Below are positions 48,391 to 58,745 of a stretch of DNA of 64,000 nt, piece by piece. The notes beneath the pieces are model-generated. The model worked only from the letters and a program-made list of their open reading frames with translations, made no database searches and was not told where the DNA came from. Every line of letters starts with the position of its first letter. The first letter of the stretch is position 1. The position numbers and the translations under genes were made by a program. The stretch is from Candidatus Latescibacterota bacterium (GTDB lineage: Bacteria > Latescibacterota > UBA2968 > GCA-2709665), in contig OZ252100.1 of NCBI GenBank assembly GCA_965248435.1, forward strand, positions 2,688,001 to 2,752,000. The letters are read 5' to 3'.

Positions 48391-49383
48391 TCAGGTCCGT
48401 CCTCCCTTATTCTTCGAGTAGTAGGCGCTCAAACAAGCGTCCATCACCCGGGCCGTTCTCGCGCCACTCGCCCCCGTAGATTCGCAGGTTCCTTCACCAA
48501 GAAGGTCATCCACGACGGTCTGAATCAGCGGAAGATGCACGTGTTCTGGATTTCGAAACTCCAGGACTTCATCGGCGTCCGACCGTCTCACGGTGACTGC
48601 CGTGTCCGAAAACACCGGACAGCGCAATTCCCCCTCCGATCCAGTGAACGTGATTCGATCTTCGGAGTGATCGGCATTAAAATTCCAGATACCGGTCCCG
48701 ACAAGCCCCGATTCGAATTGGAGTGCGGCAGCCGTGACATCTTCCGCCGCGTAGGCCCCACCCGTGTTCAGGGAGAAACCCCCAACCGCTTCGATCGGGC
48801 CCACCAGAAAATCGAGCAGATCCAGGCCGTGCGAGCCCAGGTCCACGAAGAGGCCCCCGCCGGAAATGGAAGGGTCAAAGTGCCAGCTTCCGGCCGCGCT
48901 TCCGGAGGCCAACTGATCATACTGGACGATATCTACAGAACTCAGCGTCCCCAGAACGCCTGCACGCAAAAGCTCTCTCACACGCAGAAAGCGGGGCAGC
49001 GCTCGCCGATAATAGGACACGAACAGCGGCACGCCCTCTTCCTCAAAGACCTCGACCATCCGGAGACACTCCGCGTGGTTCATTCCCATCGGCTTTTCGA
49101 CCAAACACGGTTTCCCCTCAGCCGCTACGGCCAGGGCCAGTTCGCAGTGGGAGGACGGGGGTGTGGCAACGTAGACCGCGTCAACTTCCTGATCGGAAAT
49201 CAGGTCCTCAGCGCGGCTGTAGCACCGAGCTACGCCGTGTCGCCGCGCATAGTCCGCCGCCTTATCGGCATCCCGGCGCATCACTGCAAGGAGAGAAGAA
49301 CGTTTCGCCTTCTGAAAACCCGGGCCGCTCTTCACCTCCGTTACATTCCCGCACCCCAACATGCCCCACTTGATCGATTCCAT
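48391..49383 (-). CDS. Gfo/Idh/MocA family oxidoreductase
   Basis: WGMLGCGNV, ATPPSSH, VEKPM, DLGSHGLD. Confidence 0.9.
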   Translation of the reverse strand: MESIKWGMLGCGNVTEVKSGPGFQKAKRSSLLAVMRRDADKAADYARRHGVARCYSRAEDLISDQEVDAVYVATPPSSHCELALAVAAEGKPCLVEKPMGMNHAECLRMVEVFEEEGVPLFVSYYRRALPRFLRVRELLRAGVLGTLSSVDIVQYDQLASGSAAGSWHFDPSISGGGLFVDLGSHGLDLLDFLVGPIEAVGGFSLNTGGAYAAEDVTAAALQFESGLVGTGIWNFNADHSEDRITFTGSEGELRCPVFSDTAVTVRRSDADEVLEFRNPEHVHLPLIQTVVDDLLGEGTCESTGASGARTARVMDACLSAYYSKNKGGRT

Positions 49384-49588
49384 CGGTCCAGACCTCCGAT
49401 TACCGGACGACTCAGGCAACCATTCCCGGCCAAGATAAGGGCTCCGAGGAAGATGGACAATCCTGATCTGAAAAGCGGCTGCTTACTCGAGGATGTGACA
49501 AAAAGGGTCTGGACTTGGACCCAAAGAACAGTATCTTTACTGCCTTCACAGCCCTTCGACCAACACCCCCAATCGACAGGAACCACAA

Positions 49589-50764
49589 ATGGCGACAGTC
49601 GTCCGTATGCCCAAGCTCAGCTACCAAATGGACCAGGGTACGATCGTCCGCTGGCACAAGGAGGAGGGTGATACCGTCAAGAAGGGAGAAATCCTCCTTG
49701 AACTGGAAACGGACAAAGCCGTCTTCGAGTTCGAGAGCCCGGAGGCTGGAGTTCTTCGGAAAGTTCTGGGTGAGCCAAATACCCAGATCCCCGTCCAGCA
49801 GGCCATCGCCGTCCTCACGGAAACAGCGGACGAAGCCCTTGACCTGGAGTCTCTTGACCTCAAGGCGCCTGTGTTGGGGCCCGCTCCCAGCCCCTCGACA
49901 CAGGCCCCAGTCACCGCCGCGGCACCGGCCCCGGGCCCGAAAGGCAGGAAGGGGGCCCCCCGAAGTTCCCCTGCGAGCAGGCGTCTGGCCCGTGAACTCG
50001 GTCTCGACCTGAGTCAAGTCACGGGAACCGGCCCTGGCGGAAGGATTGTTGAGGCGGACGTCAGAGCTGCGGCCGAAGGAAAAACGGGCGCATCCTCGGC
50101 AGGTGAACCGCTGAGCAGCAGAAACCTGGCCATCGCGCGGCGTATGGTAGAGAGCAAGACTACAATCCCGCACTTCTACGTCTCGGTCGATCTCGACCTC
50201 ACCGATACAGTGGGCTGGCGTGCCGACCTGCCACAAGATCAGCGACCGACCCTGAGCGACATCCTGCTCAAGGGCCTTGCTCTCTCTCTCAGCGATTTCC
50301 CGGACCTGAACAGCACATTTGAAGGCGACGGTATCATCCGCCATAGCCAGATCAACCTGGGTTTGGCGGTCGGACTGGATGAAGGATTGCTGGTCCCGGT
50401 ATTCAGTCAGGTAGATCAGATGAGCCTCAAGCAAATCGCCCAGGAGCGGTCCTCCTCCATCGAAGCTGCCCGGCAAGGGAAGATGCGTTCCTCCAGCCCA
50501 GCCACCTTCACTCTTTCCAATCTGGGAATGTTTGGCGTCCGGGCATTCTCCGCCATTATCACCCCGCCCGAGGCTGCTGCCCTTGCCGTAGGCGCGCTCG
50601 TGGACGAGCCGAGGGTCATCGACGGCGAAATCCAGATCCGAAAAATCCTTACTGCCACCCTTTCCGCCGATCATCGATTGGTCGACGGTCTTTACGCCGC
50701 ACGCTTTCTCTCCGATCTTAGATCCCGAGTGGAAGACGTAGAAACCGTGAAGGCGTGGCTCTAA
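49589..50764 (+). CDS. 2-oxo acid dehydrogenase E2 (dihydrolipoamide acyltransferase)
   Basis: Lipoyl ETDKA, binding domain SPASRRLA...GTGPGGRI, catalytic DHRLVDG. Confidence 0.92.
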   Translation: MATVVRMPKLSYQMDQGTIVRWHKEEGDTVKKGEILLELETDKAVFEFESPEAGVLRKVLGEPNTQIPVQQAIAVLTETADEALDLESLDLKAPVLGPAPSPSTQAPVTAAAPAPGPKGRKGAPRSSPASRRLARELGLDLSQVTGTGPGGRIVEADVRAAAEGKTGASSAGEPLSSRNLAIARRMVESKTTIPHFYVSVDLDLTDTVGWRADLPQDQRPTLSDILLKGLALSLSDFPDLNSTFEGDGIIRHSQINLGLAVGLDEGLLVPVFSQVDQMSLKQIAQERSSSIEAARQGKMRSSSPATFTLSNLGMFGVRAFSAIITPPEAAALAVGALVDEPRVIDGEIQIRKILTATLSADHRLVDGLYAARFLSDLRSRVEDVETVKAWL

Positions 50765-50847
50765 AGTTCCGTCCTCGATCACTCACTCCAGACAACCTGG
50801 GAACCTTGACTGATCCAGGTGAGAACATCAACGAAGAACGAAAGACG

Positions 50848-51837
50848 ATGCACAGAGTCTTGATCGTGGGCGTCGGTTCATCTGGCGAGCGGCACCTGCG
50901 CACCTTTCGTGGAACCGGCCGTACAGAAGTCGCCTTTTGCGAGCTCAACGATGCCCTGCGTCAGACAATCGCCGATCGCTACGGGTTGCGAAAGACTTAC
51001 GCCCATCTCGACGAGGCAGCCTCAGACAGCTTCGACGCGGCGGTCGTTGCCGCCCCGGCTCACCTCCACGTCGAGCTGGCCACCCGCCTTGTGGAGTCGG
51101 GGCACCATCTGCTGATAGAAAAGCCTCTGAGCACGCGTCTGGAAGGCGTGGATCGATTAAGCGAACTTGCCGGTCAGAAGAACCTCGTGGTTGCCGTGGG
51201 CTATTCCTACAGGGCCCGTTCAGCAGCTGCCGCTACGAAACGGGCCCTCGATTCGGGTCGTTTCGGCAGACCGGTACAGATCGTCTGCATTGCGGGCCAG
51301 CATTTTCCAACATACCGCCCTGCATACAGGGAAATCTACTACAGAGATCGTGCCACCGGGGGGGGTGCGATTCAGGATGGACTGACCCATTGTGTGAACC
51401 TGGGAGAGTGGTTTGTGGGCCCAGTCGATCGCGTAGTAGCAGACGCGGCACATCAGGTGCTTGAAGGTGTAGAGGTGGAAGACACCGTTCACGTGCTTAC
51501 GCGACACGGAGATGTTTTGGGCAGCTACAGCCTCAATCAGCATCAGGCACCCAACGAGATAACCTTTACCGTGGTCTGTGAAAACGGAACCATCCGGTAT
51601 CATTCCCATCTTGACAGCTGGGAGTGGAAGATGCGTCCCGAAGATCCCTGGGAAACAGAAACCTATGGTCCCTTCGACGCCGACGTGTTCTTTACTTCTC
51701 AGGCAAACGCATTTCTGGATGCGATCGAACAGGAAGGGAGCCCCTTGTGCACTCTGGAGGAGGGCATCCAGACCCTGCGAGTGAATCTGGCCATTCTGGA
51801 GTCGGTTGACTCGGGGAATGGTCTTTTGAAAATCTGA
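50848..51837 (+). CDS. Gfo/Idh/MocA family oxidoreductase
   Basis: VGVGSSG, IEKP, GGGAIQDGLTH. Confidence 0.88.
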   Translation: MHRVLIVGVGSSGERHLRTFRGTGRTEVAFCELNDALRQTIADRYGLRKTYAHLDEAASDSFDAAVVAAPAHLHVELATRLVESGHHLLIEKPLSTRLEGVDRLSELAGQKNLVVAVGYSYRARSAAAATKRALDSGRFGRPVQIVCIAGQHFPTYRPAYREIYYRDRATGGGAIQDGLTHCVNLGEWFVGPVDRVVADAAHQVLEGVEVEDTVHVLTRHGDVLGSYSLNQHQAPNEITFTVVCENGTIRYHSHLDSWEWKMRPEDPWETETYGPFDADVFFTSQANAFLDAIEQEGSPLCTLEEGIQTLRVNLAILESVDSGNGLLKI

Positions 51838-51860
51838 TGCACGGGGCGATGCACCCAACT

Positions 51861-51889
51861 GCAGAGACACCAACGGTGGGCGTCTCTGC
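51861..51889. repeat. REP-like palindrome related to 11810..11835
   Basis: GCAGAGACACC-AACGGTG-GGCGTCTCTGC. Confidence 0.5.
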
Positions 51890-51918
51890 GGCGTACGGTT
51901 AGAATCGTTCAAATCGAC

Positions 51919-51956
51919 AAAAAAAGGGGCGAGTTCAACTCGCCCCTTAGCTTTTT
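51919..51956. terminator. Intrinsic terminator after ftsZ (probably bidirectional)
   Basis: A7 followed by GGGGCGAG-TTCAA-CTCGCCCC. Confidence 0.85.
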
Positions 51957-51985
51957 CAGATGTGGATCGTCGCCGACACGTGCGA

Positions 51986-53140
51986 TTATGTCTTCTGCAT
52001 CCTTCTCCGAAGAAATGTCGGATACTCCAGCTCATCGAGCGGGACATCCACAATGTTTTCCTCTATCTTTGGCTCCCGCTCTTCCTGATCCCCGCCTCGC
52101 CGCATGAACGCCGGAATGTCTCTGCCAAGCCTCGAATTAACCTCCTTCGTGGCCGCAGCGGCAGATCCCCGTCGCCCATTCACCATAGAAAATCCAGTTG
52201 CGATCACGGTAACGCGGAGCTCGTCTCCCAGCCCGTCGTTCAGCACCGTTCCCCAGATGATGTTGGCGTCGCTGCCGGCCGCCTCTGAGATCACGGAGAC
52301 TGCTTCGTTGACCTCAAACAGCTTGAGATCGCTCCCGGCCGATATGTTGACCAGAACGCCCCGCGCCCCCTCAATCGACACCTCTTCCAGTAGAGGGCTC
52401 CGAATCGCCTTTCCGGCCGCATCCACCGCTCGGCTTTCGCCTACCGCTGAACCCGTGCCCATCAGGGCGTCGCCCCCCTCCAGCATCACCGTCCTCACAT
52501 CGTTGAAGTCCAAATTTATTTCCCCGGGCACAGTGATCAGGTCAGAAATGCCGCGTGTCGCCTGAAGCAGAACGTCGTCGGCCATCCGAAAGGCTTCCCT
52601 CAGGGTGGTCTCTTTGGAGCTTACGGCCAACAGGCGCTGGTTCGGAATGATGATCAGAGTATCCACCATCTCTTTTAGTTCCTCGATCCCGGATTCCGCA
52701 TTTCGCGTCCTTGGGATGCCCTCCATGGCGAACGGTTTCGTAACGATGCCCACGGTCAATGCCCCTGCATCCCGCGCGATACTCGCGATGATGGGCGCTG
52801 CTCCAGTTCCTGTACCCCCGCCCATCCCCGCCGTCACAAACACCATATCGGATCCCGAGATGATCTCCGTGACCTTGTCTCGATCCTCTTCAATAGCCCG
52901 TGCGCCCACATCGGGATTCGCTCCGGCTCCGAGTCCCTTGGTCACGTTCTGCCCGATCTGAAGTCGCCGGGGCGCCTTCGACAGCTCCAGGTCCTGTACG
53001 TCTGTGTTGATGGCGATAAATTCCACACCCTGAAGATCTGCCTCGATCATGCGGTTGACCGCGTTTCCGCCCGCGCCACCCACACCGATCACGCGCATCC
53101 TGGCTTGGTTCTCAGTATCCACAATCGAAAAAGTAACCAC
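51986..53140 (-). CDS. ftsZ: Cell division protein FtsZ
   Basis: GVGGAGGNAV, GMGGGTGTG, NLDFNDV, C-terminal PTFLRR. Confidence 0.98.
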   Translation of the reverse strand: MVTFSIVDTENQARMRVIGVGGAGGNAVNRMIEADLQGVEFIAINTDVQDLELSKAPRRLQIGQNVTKGLGAGANPDVGARAIEEDRDKVTEIISGSDMVFVTAGMGGGTGTGAAPIIASIARDAGALTVGIVTKPFAMEGIPRTRNAESGIEELKEMVDTLIIIPNQRLLAVSSKETTLREAFRMADDVLLQATRGISDLITVPGEINLDFNDVRTVMLEGGDALMGTGSAVGESRAVDAAGKAIRSPLLEEVSIEGARGVLVNISAGSDLKLFEVNEAVSVISEAAGSDANIIWGTVLNDGLGDELRVTVIATGFSMVNGRRGSAAAATKEVNSRLGRDIPAFMRRGGDQEEREPKIEENIVDVPLDELEYPTFLRRRMQKT

Positions 53141-53162
53141 GGGGGACCTCCCTGGTGCTGGT

Positions 53163-54404
53163 TTAGAAGAAATCCTTGGCCCAGCCCTTCATTCGACCAA
53201 AGATCGAGTCAAAAAGGTCGTCACTCCCTACACGCATAAGCTCCTTTCGATTTCGGTTTTGCATTCCGAACAGGACCAGCCCGACGCCCGTCGCATAGAT
53301 CGGCTGCGTTACGGCATCCACGAGTCCGCTCACCCCTCGAGGGGTGCCTAAGCTTACGGGCATCCCGAAAACCTCTTCCGCCAGCTCTACACACCCCTCG
53401 AGCATGGCACCACCACCGGTAATAACGATCCCAGCTGCCAGCAGGTCGGAATAATCCGTCCTCCGGATCTCGCGGTGGACAAGCGTTAATATTTCCTCCA
53501 TCCTGGCTTCAATAATGGCCGCCAGCTCTGCCCTGGGCACCTGGTAGGACGGGCGTCCAGCGAGGCCCGGGATTTCGACCACCTCTCCCTTGGGCACCAG
53601 GGAACCTAGCGCGCAACCATGAATTCGCTTGATCTCCTCGGCCTGTTTCCAGGGGGTGCGAAGCCCGATCGATACATCGTGGGTCACGTTCTCCCCTCCG
53701 AGGCCGATCACTGCAGTATGCCGGACGCTGCCATCGTAAAAGACGGCCAGATCTGTCGTGCCCCCTCCCACGTCGACCAGGGCTACGCCCATCTCTTCCT
53801 CTTCAGGACTCAGTACAGCATTGGCCGCCGCGATGGGTTCCAGTACAAGATCCAGGACCTCGACTCCGGCTCTTCGAATGCTCTTGCAGATGTTCTGGGC
53901 CGATGTAACCGCCCCCGTGACCATGTGTACGTCCGCTTCCAGACGCACGCCCGACATCCCGATCGGGTCTCTGATTCCGGGTTGGTCGTCCACGACAAAG
54001 GACTGCGGCAGAACATGGATGATTTCCCGGTCCATCGGGATGGATATCGCCTTTGCCGCCTCGATCACTCGCGATTCATCGTGCCGATTGATCTCACTTT
54101 CGGGACCAGATACGGCGATCACGCCGCGGCTGTTGAAACTGCGAATATGATCACCCGCGATCCCGGCATACACGGAGGCCACCTTGGTATCCGACATCTT
54201 TTCAGCCTCCTCGATCGCCTGCTGAATCGACCCCACAGTTTTTTCCACATTGACGACGACGCCTCGCTTGAGTCCATCTGAGGGACTGGTCCCAACACCT
54301 GTGATCTTCACGTGTCCGTTGTCGCCGTGATCCGCCACAATGGCACGAATCTGCGTCGTTCCGATATCGAGTCCAACCGTCCGATCGCCTCTGACCATCG
54401 TCAT
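53163..54404 (-). CDS. ftsA: Cell division protein FtsA
   Basis: GLDIGT, PIGMSGVRLE, DVGGGTTD, ITGGG. Confidence 0.97.
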   Translation of the reverse strand: MTMVRGDRTVGLDIGTTQIRAIVADHGDNGHVKITGVGTSPSDGLKRGVVVNVEKTVGSIQQAIEEAEKMSDTKVASVYAGIAGDHIRSFNSRGVIAVSGPESEINRHDESRVIEAAKAISIPMDREIIHVLPQSFVVDDQPGIRDPIGMSGVRLEADVHMVTGAVTSAQNICKSIRRAGVEVLDLVLEPIAAANAVLSPEEEEMGVALVDVGGGTTDLAVFYDGSVRHTAVIGLGGENVTHDVSIGLRTPWKQAEEIKRIHGCALGSLVPKGEVVEIPGLAGRPSYQVPRAELAAIIEARMEEILTLVHREIRRTDYSDLLAAGIVITGGGAMLEGCVELAEEVFGMPVSLGTPRGVSGLVDAVTQPIYATGVGLVLFGMQNRNRKELMRVGSDDLFDSIFGRMKGWAKDFF

Positions 54405-54425
54405 TTCCTTTCCTTCGGTGGCCTT

Positions 54426-55226
54426 CTATCGCTTCCGTACGATTACTTGGTCTCGGAATCGAAGGTCGACGAAAGCCGGGTGCTCGTCCATGAGACGTTC
54501 TGCACTCACGTAGGCTGTAAAACTCTGGACCTGAGCGCCGGCATCCTCGAATCGCATCCTCAACTCTAAGCCGTCTCCTACGGTAAACACACGTGCCTCC
54601 GAAGAAGATACCACGTGGATCTCCGAGACTTCATTAAGAAAATCAGGTGTGGCGGCTTCAAGTTCATTCAAGAACACTGTCAGGTTATTTAGAACTTCAA
54701 TCTGCTCTGCTTCTTCTCTTTCAGCGATTCCGGTTACGGTCGGCAGATCCAGCGGAACCTGAGGCAAGGGAAAGGTTGTGGCCCCCTCGTCGATTCCCAA
54801 CAACCCGCCGGGCGTCGAAATCAGTGCGAGCGGCCTCCGCTCTTCGATCCAAATTTCCAGGCCCACTGGCGGCCGCCTCATCAGCAGTGCGTTTCGAATC
54901 ATGGGATGAGACGTGAGCCCTTCTGTGGCGGTGGAGAGATCTGCCTCGAACAGGTTTCCTCCTGTCTCCAATCCGGACTGTTTCACAACTTCCTTCCGCG
55001 TGAGCAGCCAGTTTCCCTCAACGGAGATTCGTTCAAGGCTGAACAGATCAGACTGAGTCAGAGCCGGATACGCATTCTGGATGCCAACCACAAACAGCCC
55101 CATTAACGCGAATAGAATCATCCATCGCAGGATCAGGACGGACTTTTGATCCGCTTTCTGGCCCGCAGTCTCCGATGGAAGCTTCCTCTTTTCATAATAG
55201 GACACAATTGGGACACGCCTCGACAT
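54426..55226 (-). CDS. ftsQ: Cell division protein FtsQ/DivIB
   Basis: TM plus POTRA (VEGN, IEERRP), VDLRF; position in the dcw cluster. Confidence 0.88.
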   Translation of the reverse strand: MSRRVPIVSYYEKRKLPSETAGQKADQKSVLILRWMILFALMGLFVVGIQNAYPALTQSDLFSLERISVEGNWLLTRKEVVKQSGLETGGNLFEADLSTATEGLTSHPMIRNALLMRRPPVGLEIWIEERRPLALISTPGGLLGIDEGATTFPLPQVPLDLPTVTGIAEREEAEQIEVLNNLTVFLNELEAATPDFLNEVSEIHVVSSSEARVFTVGDGLELRMRFEDAGAQVQSFTAYVSAERLMDEHPAFVDLRFRDQVIVRKR

Positions 55227-55249
55227 GTGCTCTCCTTCACGACGAACAA

Positions 55250-56233
55250 TCAGCGGTTCTCAATCCCCGTCTCACCCACAACACGTATCTCCAGTTCCAG
55301 TTCAGCACCCGATTCCTCACGGACGCGTGCCCTCACCCGATCGACCAAACTCAATACGTCTTCCGCCAATCCTCCTCCCAGATTCACGACAAAATTGGCA
55401 TGAAGCTCAGACACCTGAGCGGCCCCAACAGAAAGTCCTTTGCATCCAGCCTGATCAATCAGGAGCCCGGCGGAGGTACCCGTCGGATTCTTGAACAGAC
55501 ACCCCGCGTTCCGCTGCCATAGCGGTTGGGTTGCTTTTCTCTGGCTCAGCATCTCGTCCATTCTTCCCTGAATAACCCCCGGATCCTCTTCTTCCAGATC
55601 AAAGTCAACTTCGGTGATCAGCAGGTCCGGGGACAAATCAGTATGTCGGTAGGCGAACGGGACATCGTCCTTTTGGAGGGTAACGACATCGCCTGAGCTC
55701 AGGTCGATCCCGCTCAATTGCGAAAGCTTGTCCAACGTTTCTCCTCCCCAAGCACCTGCGTTGCCTCTCACCGCGCCTCCTACCGTTCCAGGAATACCGC
55801 ACCCAAACTCCATCCCCGTCCTGCCGGCCCGCTGACACCGCCGGGAAAAGACCTGAAGGCTTGCCCCCGCCTGGGCGAACCCGCGATCTCCGATGATCTC
55901 GATCCGGGTCGCCCCTTCCGTCAAGCAGATCACCAATCCCCTGAACCCGGCCTCCCGGACGAGCGTGTTGGTTCCCCCTCCCAGCGGGAGAACCGGCAGC
56001 CCCGAATCGCGGATGTAAGGAAGGGCCTTGGAAATGTCTTCTAAACTCTCAGGGGCGAAGAAGAGGTCAGCGGGCCCACCCGTTCCGAACGTCGTGTGTG
56101 GGCCCATAGGCTCATCCAGGCGCAGGTCGCCGCGACTTGCATTCTGGATCTCTTGGGCAAGCAGATCTCTTTTGGAAGGGTCTCGCTTCAGGGCCGCTAT
56201 ACCCCGTGTGTTTATGGATTCAAGTGTTCGCAC
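55250..56233 (-). CDS. murB: UDP-N-acetylmuramate dehydrogenase
   Basis: HTTFGTGGPA, GIPGTVGGAVRGNAGA, FKNP, HANF. Confidence 0.95.
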   Translation of the reverse strand: MRTLESINTRGIAALKRDPSKRDLLAQEIQNASRGDLRLDEPMGPHTTFGTGGPADLFFAPESLEDISKALPYIRDSGLPVLPLGGGTNTLVREAGFRGLVICLTEGATRIEIIGDRGFAQAGASLQVFSRRCQRAGRTGMEFGCGIPGTVGGAVRGNAGAWGGETLDKLSQLSGIDLSSGDVVTLQKDDVPFAYRHTDLSPDLLITEVDFDLEEEDPGVIQGRMDEMLSQRKATQPLWQRNAGCLFKNPTGTSAGLLIDQAGCKGLSVGAAQVSELHANFVVNLGGGLAEDVLSLVDRVRARVREESGAELELEIRVVGETGIENR

Positions 56234-57608
56234 GTTCTCGCAGCCGTCTGTAGAGGCAGTGCGCAGTCTTCTCGATATCCCCTGCCCCCATCACAAGTAC
56301 AAGATCTCCAGAGGCGATCTCATTGAACAAAGCGGCGTCCAGGTCAGCCAAATGTGGAATGTATCTCGGTTCGGGGCCCCCGGCCTTGCGGAGCGAGGAA
56401 ACAATCATGCTGCCGCTTACCCCGGCGATCGGATCTTCCCTCGCCGGAAATATTTCCGTCAGCCAGACCGCGTCCGCAGTGCTCAAAGCCTTACCGAACT
56501 CAGAGGCGAGGTCCCGGGTCCGGGTGTAAAGATGGGGCTGAAAGACGGCCACGATGCGTCCTTCCCAACCCTCACGTGCCGCCACCAGCGAAGCCCGAAT
56601 CTCGGTAGGATGGTGTGCATAGTCGCTCACAACCAGAACGCCCTCTACCTCACCGAGCATTTCAAAGCGCCGTTGGACTCCCGAAAAGCCTTCGAGCCCC
56701 GCCTGGATTGCATCCCAGGAAATCCCCAGTGCCAGCCCTGCGCCTGCCGCACCCAGCGCGTTGGAAACGTTGTGGTGTCCTGGGACCTGCATCCTCAAAT
56801 TCCCGACAAGTGTCTGCTCGCAATACAGACTAAACTGGCTGCCGAATCCTTCAAGAACCACATCATCGGCCCGAACATCCGCATCTTTTCCCAAACCGTA
56901 GGTGAACGTGTTAACGCCGCTACTCGGTGAGAGCTTCCGAACGAGGGGATCATCCCCGCAGAGGACCGCGTGGCCGCCTTTTTCTACAGACCCCACAAAC
57001 TGTTGGAAGGTCGATTCAATGTCACCCAGGTCCGCATAGGAATCCAAATGATCCTCTTCAAGGGAAGTCACGAGCGCCAGGAACGGGCTGAGTTCCAGAA
57101 AGGCTCGGTCGAACTCGTCGGCCTCCACAACCCACATCTCCCCCTCACCCGGTCTCAGGTTGCCTTCCTCCCCTTGCAAGGTCCCGCCGACGAGAACGGT
57201 CGGATCCAGACCCGCTGACAACAGGACGGCGCCCACCATGGCCGTCGTGGTCGTCTTCCCGTGCGTACCTGTCACACCAATCACCTTCTGCTCCTGGGCG
57301 AGCGCCCCCAGGAACTCAGCGCGCTTAAGTATCGGGATTTCTCGCTCACGAGCCGTTTTAAGCTCCGGCGCATCCCAGGGAACTGCAGGCGTGTAGACCA
57401 CTGCGTCGGCATCTGCCAGGGCCTCGGGTGAATGACCGATCTGTATCTTCAGACCCAGGCCCATTAGATGTTCCGTCAACGCCGATGCGTCTCGGTCGGA
57501 CCCAGATACGCGACACCCCTTCAGGTGGGCAAACTCTGCCAGGGCGCTCATACTAACACCGCCGACGCCGACGAAGTGGATCCGGAGGCCCGGTTTCAAT
57601 TCTAGCAT
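56220..57608 (-). CDS. murC: UDP-N-acetylmuramate--L-alanine ligase
   Basis: GVGGVSMS, GTHGKTTTT, EADE, DYAHHP, FQPH. Confidence 0.96.
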   Translation of the reverse strand: MLELKPGLRIHFVGVGGVSMSALAEFAHLKGCRVSGSDRDASALTEHLMGLGLKIQIGHSPEALADADAVVYTPAVPWDAPELKTAREREIPILKRAEFLGALAQEQKVIGVTGTHGKTTTTAMVGAVLLSAGLDPTVLVGGTLQGEEGNLRPGEGEMWVVEADEFDRAFLELSPFLALVTSLEEDHLDSYADLGDIESTFQQFVGSVEKGGHAVLCGDDPLVRKLSPSSGVNTFTYGLGKDADVRADDVVLEGFGSQFSLYCEQTLVGNLRMQVPGHHNVSNALGAAGAGLALGISWDAIQAGLEGFSGVQRRFEMLGEVEGVLVVSDYAHHPTEIRASLVAAREGWEGRIVAVFQPHLYTRTRDLASEFGKALSTADAVWLTEIFPAREDPIAGVSGSMIVSSLRKAGGPEPRYIPHLADLDAALFNEIASGDLVLVMGAGDIEKTAHCLYRRLRERANT

Positions 57609-57641
57609 TCAACATATCGTAGGCGAGAATGGGTTTCAGAC

Positions 57642-58745
57642 TCATCCCTGAAGCAACCCTGCGCCTTCCATCGCAGCCCGGATTCGGCCGGCAGCGTCAG
57701 GTTTGGCCAGAGACAGGGAGTTGGCCGCCATCGCCTTCAACCGCTCCCGGTCATCGATCAGGTCAAAAACCTCGTTCGCTAGACGTTCCCCGCTGAGTCT
57801 CGACTCGGGGATCATCGCAGCTGCGCCCGAGTCCACCTGGACTCGAGCGTTGAATGCCTGGTGGTTCTCTGCTGAGGTCGGAAGTGGAACGAGAATGGAA
57901 GGAACCCCCAACAGGTTCAATTCAGATATGCTGCTCGCCCCGGATCGGGCGATGACCAGATCAGCTGCACTATACGCATCGGAGATGTTCTGGATGAAAG
58001 GCTCCACACGCACCCGACTTTGCCACGCGGCGGCGGCGGAAATCGCTTGCTCATAATGCAGGGACCCGGATTGCCAGAGCACCTGGAGGTCCTTTGCCAC
58101 GAGCTGCTCCAGGGCATCCCCTACCGCAAGATTGATCCCGGCCGCGCCCTGGCTCCCACCCATCACGAAGAGGGTCGGCCGTTCTGGATCAAGACCAAAT
58201 CGACTCCGGGCCTCTGCTCGACCGATTCGATCTAACCCGGGACGGGTTGGATTCCCGACGATCAGCCGCTCTCGTCCTCCTACACGGGGAACGGCTTCTT
58301 CATAGGCCAGAAAGATCTGACGAGACACCCTGGAAAGAACTCGGGTTGTTATCCCGGGAAGGCTGTTCTGTTCTTGCAAAACCAGGGGACAACCCCAAAT
58401 CCACGCCGAGATGCCGACAGGGCCGCTAACGTAGCCGCCGGTGCAGATCACGACGTGGGGACGAAATCTGATGACAAGGATAAGGGAGGAAAGAATCCCT
58501 CTGAGGAGCATCAAGGGGAATTTGAAAAGGTCTGGGTGCAACCCCCGTTTCAGACCTGTCACCTCGATAAATTCCAACAGATAGCCTGCCTGGGGAACAG
58601 CTCGGGCCTCCAGACCCCCCGCCGTTCCCGAAAACCGGATCTCAACACCGGAATCGTGCCGGCGGATGGCCTCGGCGATGGCCAATGCTGGAAAAACGTG
58701 ACCGCCGGTGCCTCCTCCGGCGACAAGCACGCGCGTCGGCATCAA
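57642..58745 (-). CDS. murG: Undecaprenyl-PP-MurNAc-pentapeptide GlcNAc transferase
   Basis: GGGTGGH, GGYVSGP, EQN, GGSQGA, HQAFNA. Confidence 0.96.
   Translation of the reverse strand: MMPTRVLVAGGGTGGHVFPALAIAEAIRRHDSGVEIRFSGTAGGLEARAVPQAGYLLEFIEVTGLKRGLHPDLFKFPLMLLRGILSSLILVIRFRPHVVICTGGYVSGPVGISAWIWGCPLVLQEQNSLPGITTRVLSRVSRQIFLAYEEAVPRVGGRERLIVGNPTRPGLDRIGRAEARSRFGLDPERPTLFVMGGSQGAAGINLAVGDALEQLVAKDLQVLWQSGSLHYEQAISAAAAWQSRVRVEPFIQNISDAYSAADLVIARSGASSISELNLLGVPSILVPLPTSAENHQAFNARVQVDSGAAAMIPESRLSGERLANEVFDLIDDRERLKAMAANSLSLAKPDAAGRIRAAMEGAGLLQG

Noticed and set aside
48328-50782. Long ORFs 48328..49671 (+) and 49412..50782 (-)
   Set aside because: Antisense to clear Gfo/Idh/MocA and E2 genes.
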